From positions 144,170 through 192,305 of the forward strand of contig MU053917.1 in NCBI GenBank assembly GCA_013239625.1: a stretch of DNA of 48,136 nt. Reading direction: 5' to 3'. The position numbers and the translations under genes were made by a program. Each line of letters begins with the position of its first letter. The first letter of the stretch is position 1. Shown piece after piece: positions 47,027 to 48,136 of the stretch. Under the pieces are notes generated by a model. The model ran no database searches. It saw only the letters and a list, made by a program, of their open reading frames with translations, and was not told the DNA's origin. This stretch comes from Lama guanicoe (Eukaryota).

Positions 47027-47545
47027 TGTTACCGAGTCCAGACTTGTTCTCCTCGCACAACAGGCCAATAAATCAGGAGACCAGATGTTGGAGCAAGGAA
47101 TAACAACTTTGTTTGGAAAGTAAGCCGACTGAGAGGATGGCAGACCAATGTCTTGGCGAACCATCCTGCTCCAGTCAGATTACAGGCTCCTTTTACACAA
47201 AAATACAGGAGAGAGGGTGTGGTTGTTTGTTGCAAACCTCTTCCTGCAGGAATTGTTTGTTCTTACAGCTGTCCATGTGGGCCAGTCCATGGTGTCTCTG
47301 CAAACTTGCAACAAACCAAGTTATTCTCTATTTTGCAACTTGCCATCTCTGCCTAAGTGCAGAAGTGCTAACATCCTTAGAGGTCAGAGCCCCCAGAATA
47401 GGCTCTCCTGTCTATTTCAGACTAAGGGCAACATTGTTTCACAGAAGGTGCAGAGCCTGCAAGGCTCAGACTGGAAAACAGGGCACAGGGTTAAAGCTGA
47501 AAGAACAGATCCAATATCGAGCCAGATCTGTTCTCCTCTATTACA
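47027..47545 (-). mobile_element. ERV1-type solo LTR (519 bp)
   Basis: TGTTA...TTACA termini with a perfect 4-bp TSD CTGG (47023-47026 and 47546-47549). Same family as 5873-6411. Confidence 0.9.
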
Positions 47546-48136
47546 CTGGCTCTCCCAGCCCCGCATGCCTGCCAGCATCCTGGGCCCCTCTCAGTGCTGT
47601 GTGTGCCCACCTGCCTCTCCCTCCCCAGTGCAGTCTTCCCTGGACACAGGGCGGGCAGGACAGCAGAGTGCCTTTTGTGCCTGGTGTCTGGGGATGGAGG
47701 CCTTTGGTGGCCTGGGATGTGTGGGCAGGGGATGGAGCAGGGCCTGGGTTGGGTGTGTACTGGGCCAGGCCAGGGCAGGGTCTGACAGACTGAGGTGAGG
47801 CTGGAAATTCCTGGAGGCTGAGGGCGCAGTGTCCAGCCAATGCCCTTGTTGTCCACTGGAGAAACTGAGGCACGGGGGCTTCTGATCGTGGGGAGGGGCA
47901 CAGATGGTTTGCATGTTCATGTATATACATCTGGGATGGTGGTGGGAGGTGCGTGTGACGTCCCTCCCCTAGTGGGGACCCTGGCAGCTGCAACGTGGGG
48001 CCGATACGGCTCCTACCCACTAGGCATCTCGGCACCAGATGCTCATGTTTTATTTACAAAACGGCTTCCAAATTTGCTTGTAAAGGACATACCATTTGTC
48101 TCCTCCATCCTGCTTTCAGTGACTTGGAGGCCAGGC

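Noticed and set aside
1..48136. Prokaryotic-type systems (CRISPR arrays, operons), tRNA and rRNA genes
   Set aside because: None seen. The sequence is mammalian, with spliceosomal introns and mammalian repeats.

Overview
Mammalian genomic DNA, probably a cetartiodactyl and possibly a camelid. That guess rests on the style of the young L1 3' ends and the absence of obvious Alu, BovB or PRE1 elements; it is inference only. Positions 1-16.6 kb are mostly nested LINE-1 fragments, plus an ERV1-type solo LTR and MIR/L2 relics. The main feature is an intron-containing, highly diverged + strand paralogue of MIA3/TANGO1 (cTAGE family) at about 22.0-44.2 kb. It resembles the short isoform (membrane hairpin, coiled coils, proline-rich tail, no lumenal SH3). 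At least 13 exons with canonical splice sites can be joined into one open frame of about 406 codons or more. Some ancestral exons are dead or missing, and two exons lie in a recent 2232-bp tandem duplication. The gene is flanked by an inverted pair of about 0.5-kb paralogous segments, each carrying an open candidate exon of an unidentified gene. A Tigger1 transposon, further L1s and a second solo LTR with a perfect 4-bp target-site duplication complete the window. All MIA3 and repeat-consensus comparisons are from recalled sequence, not from a search.
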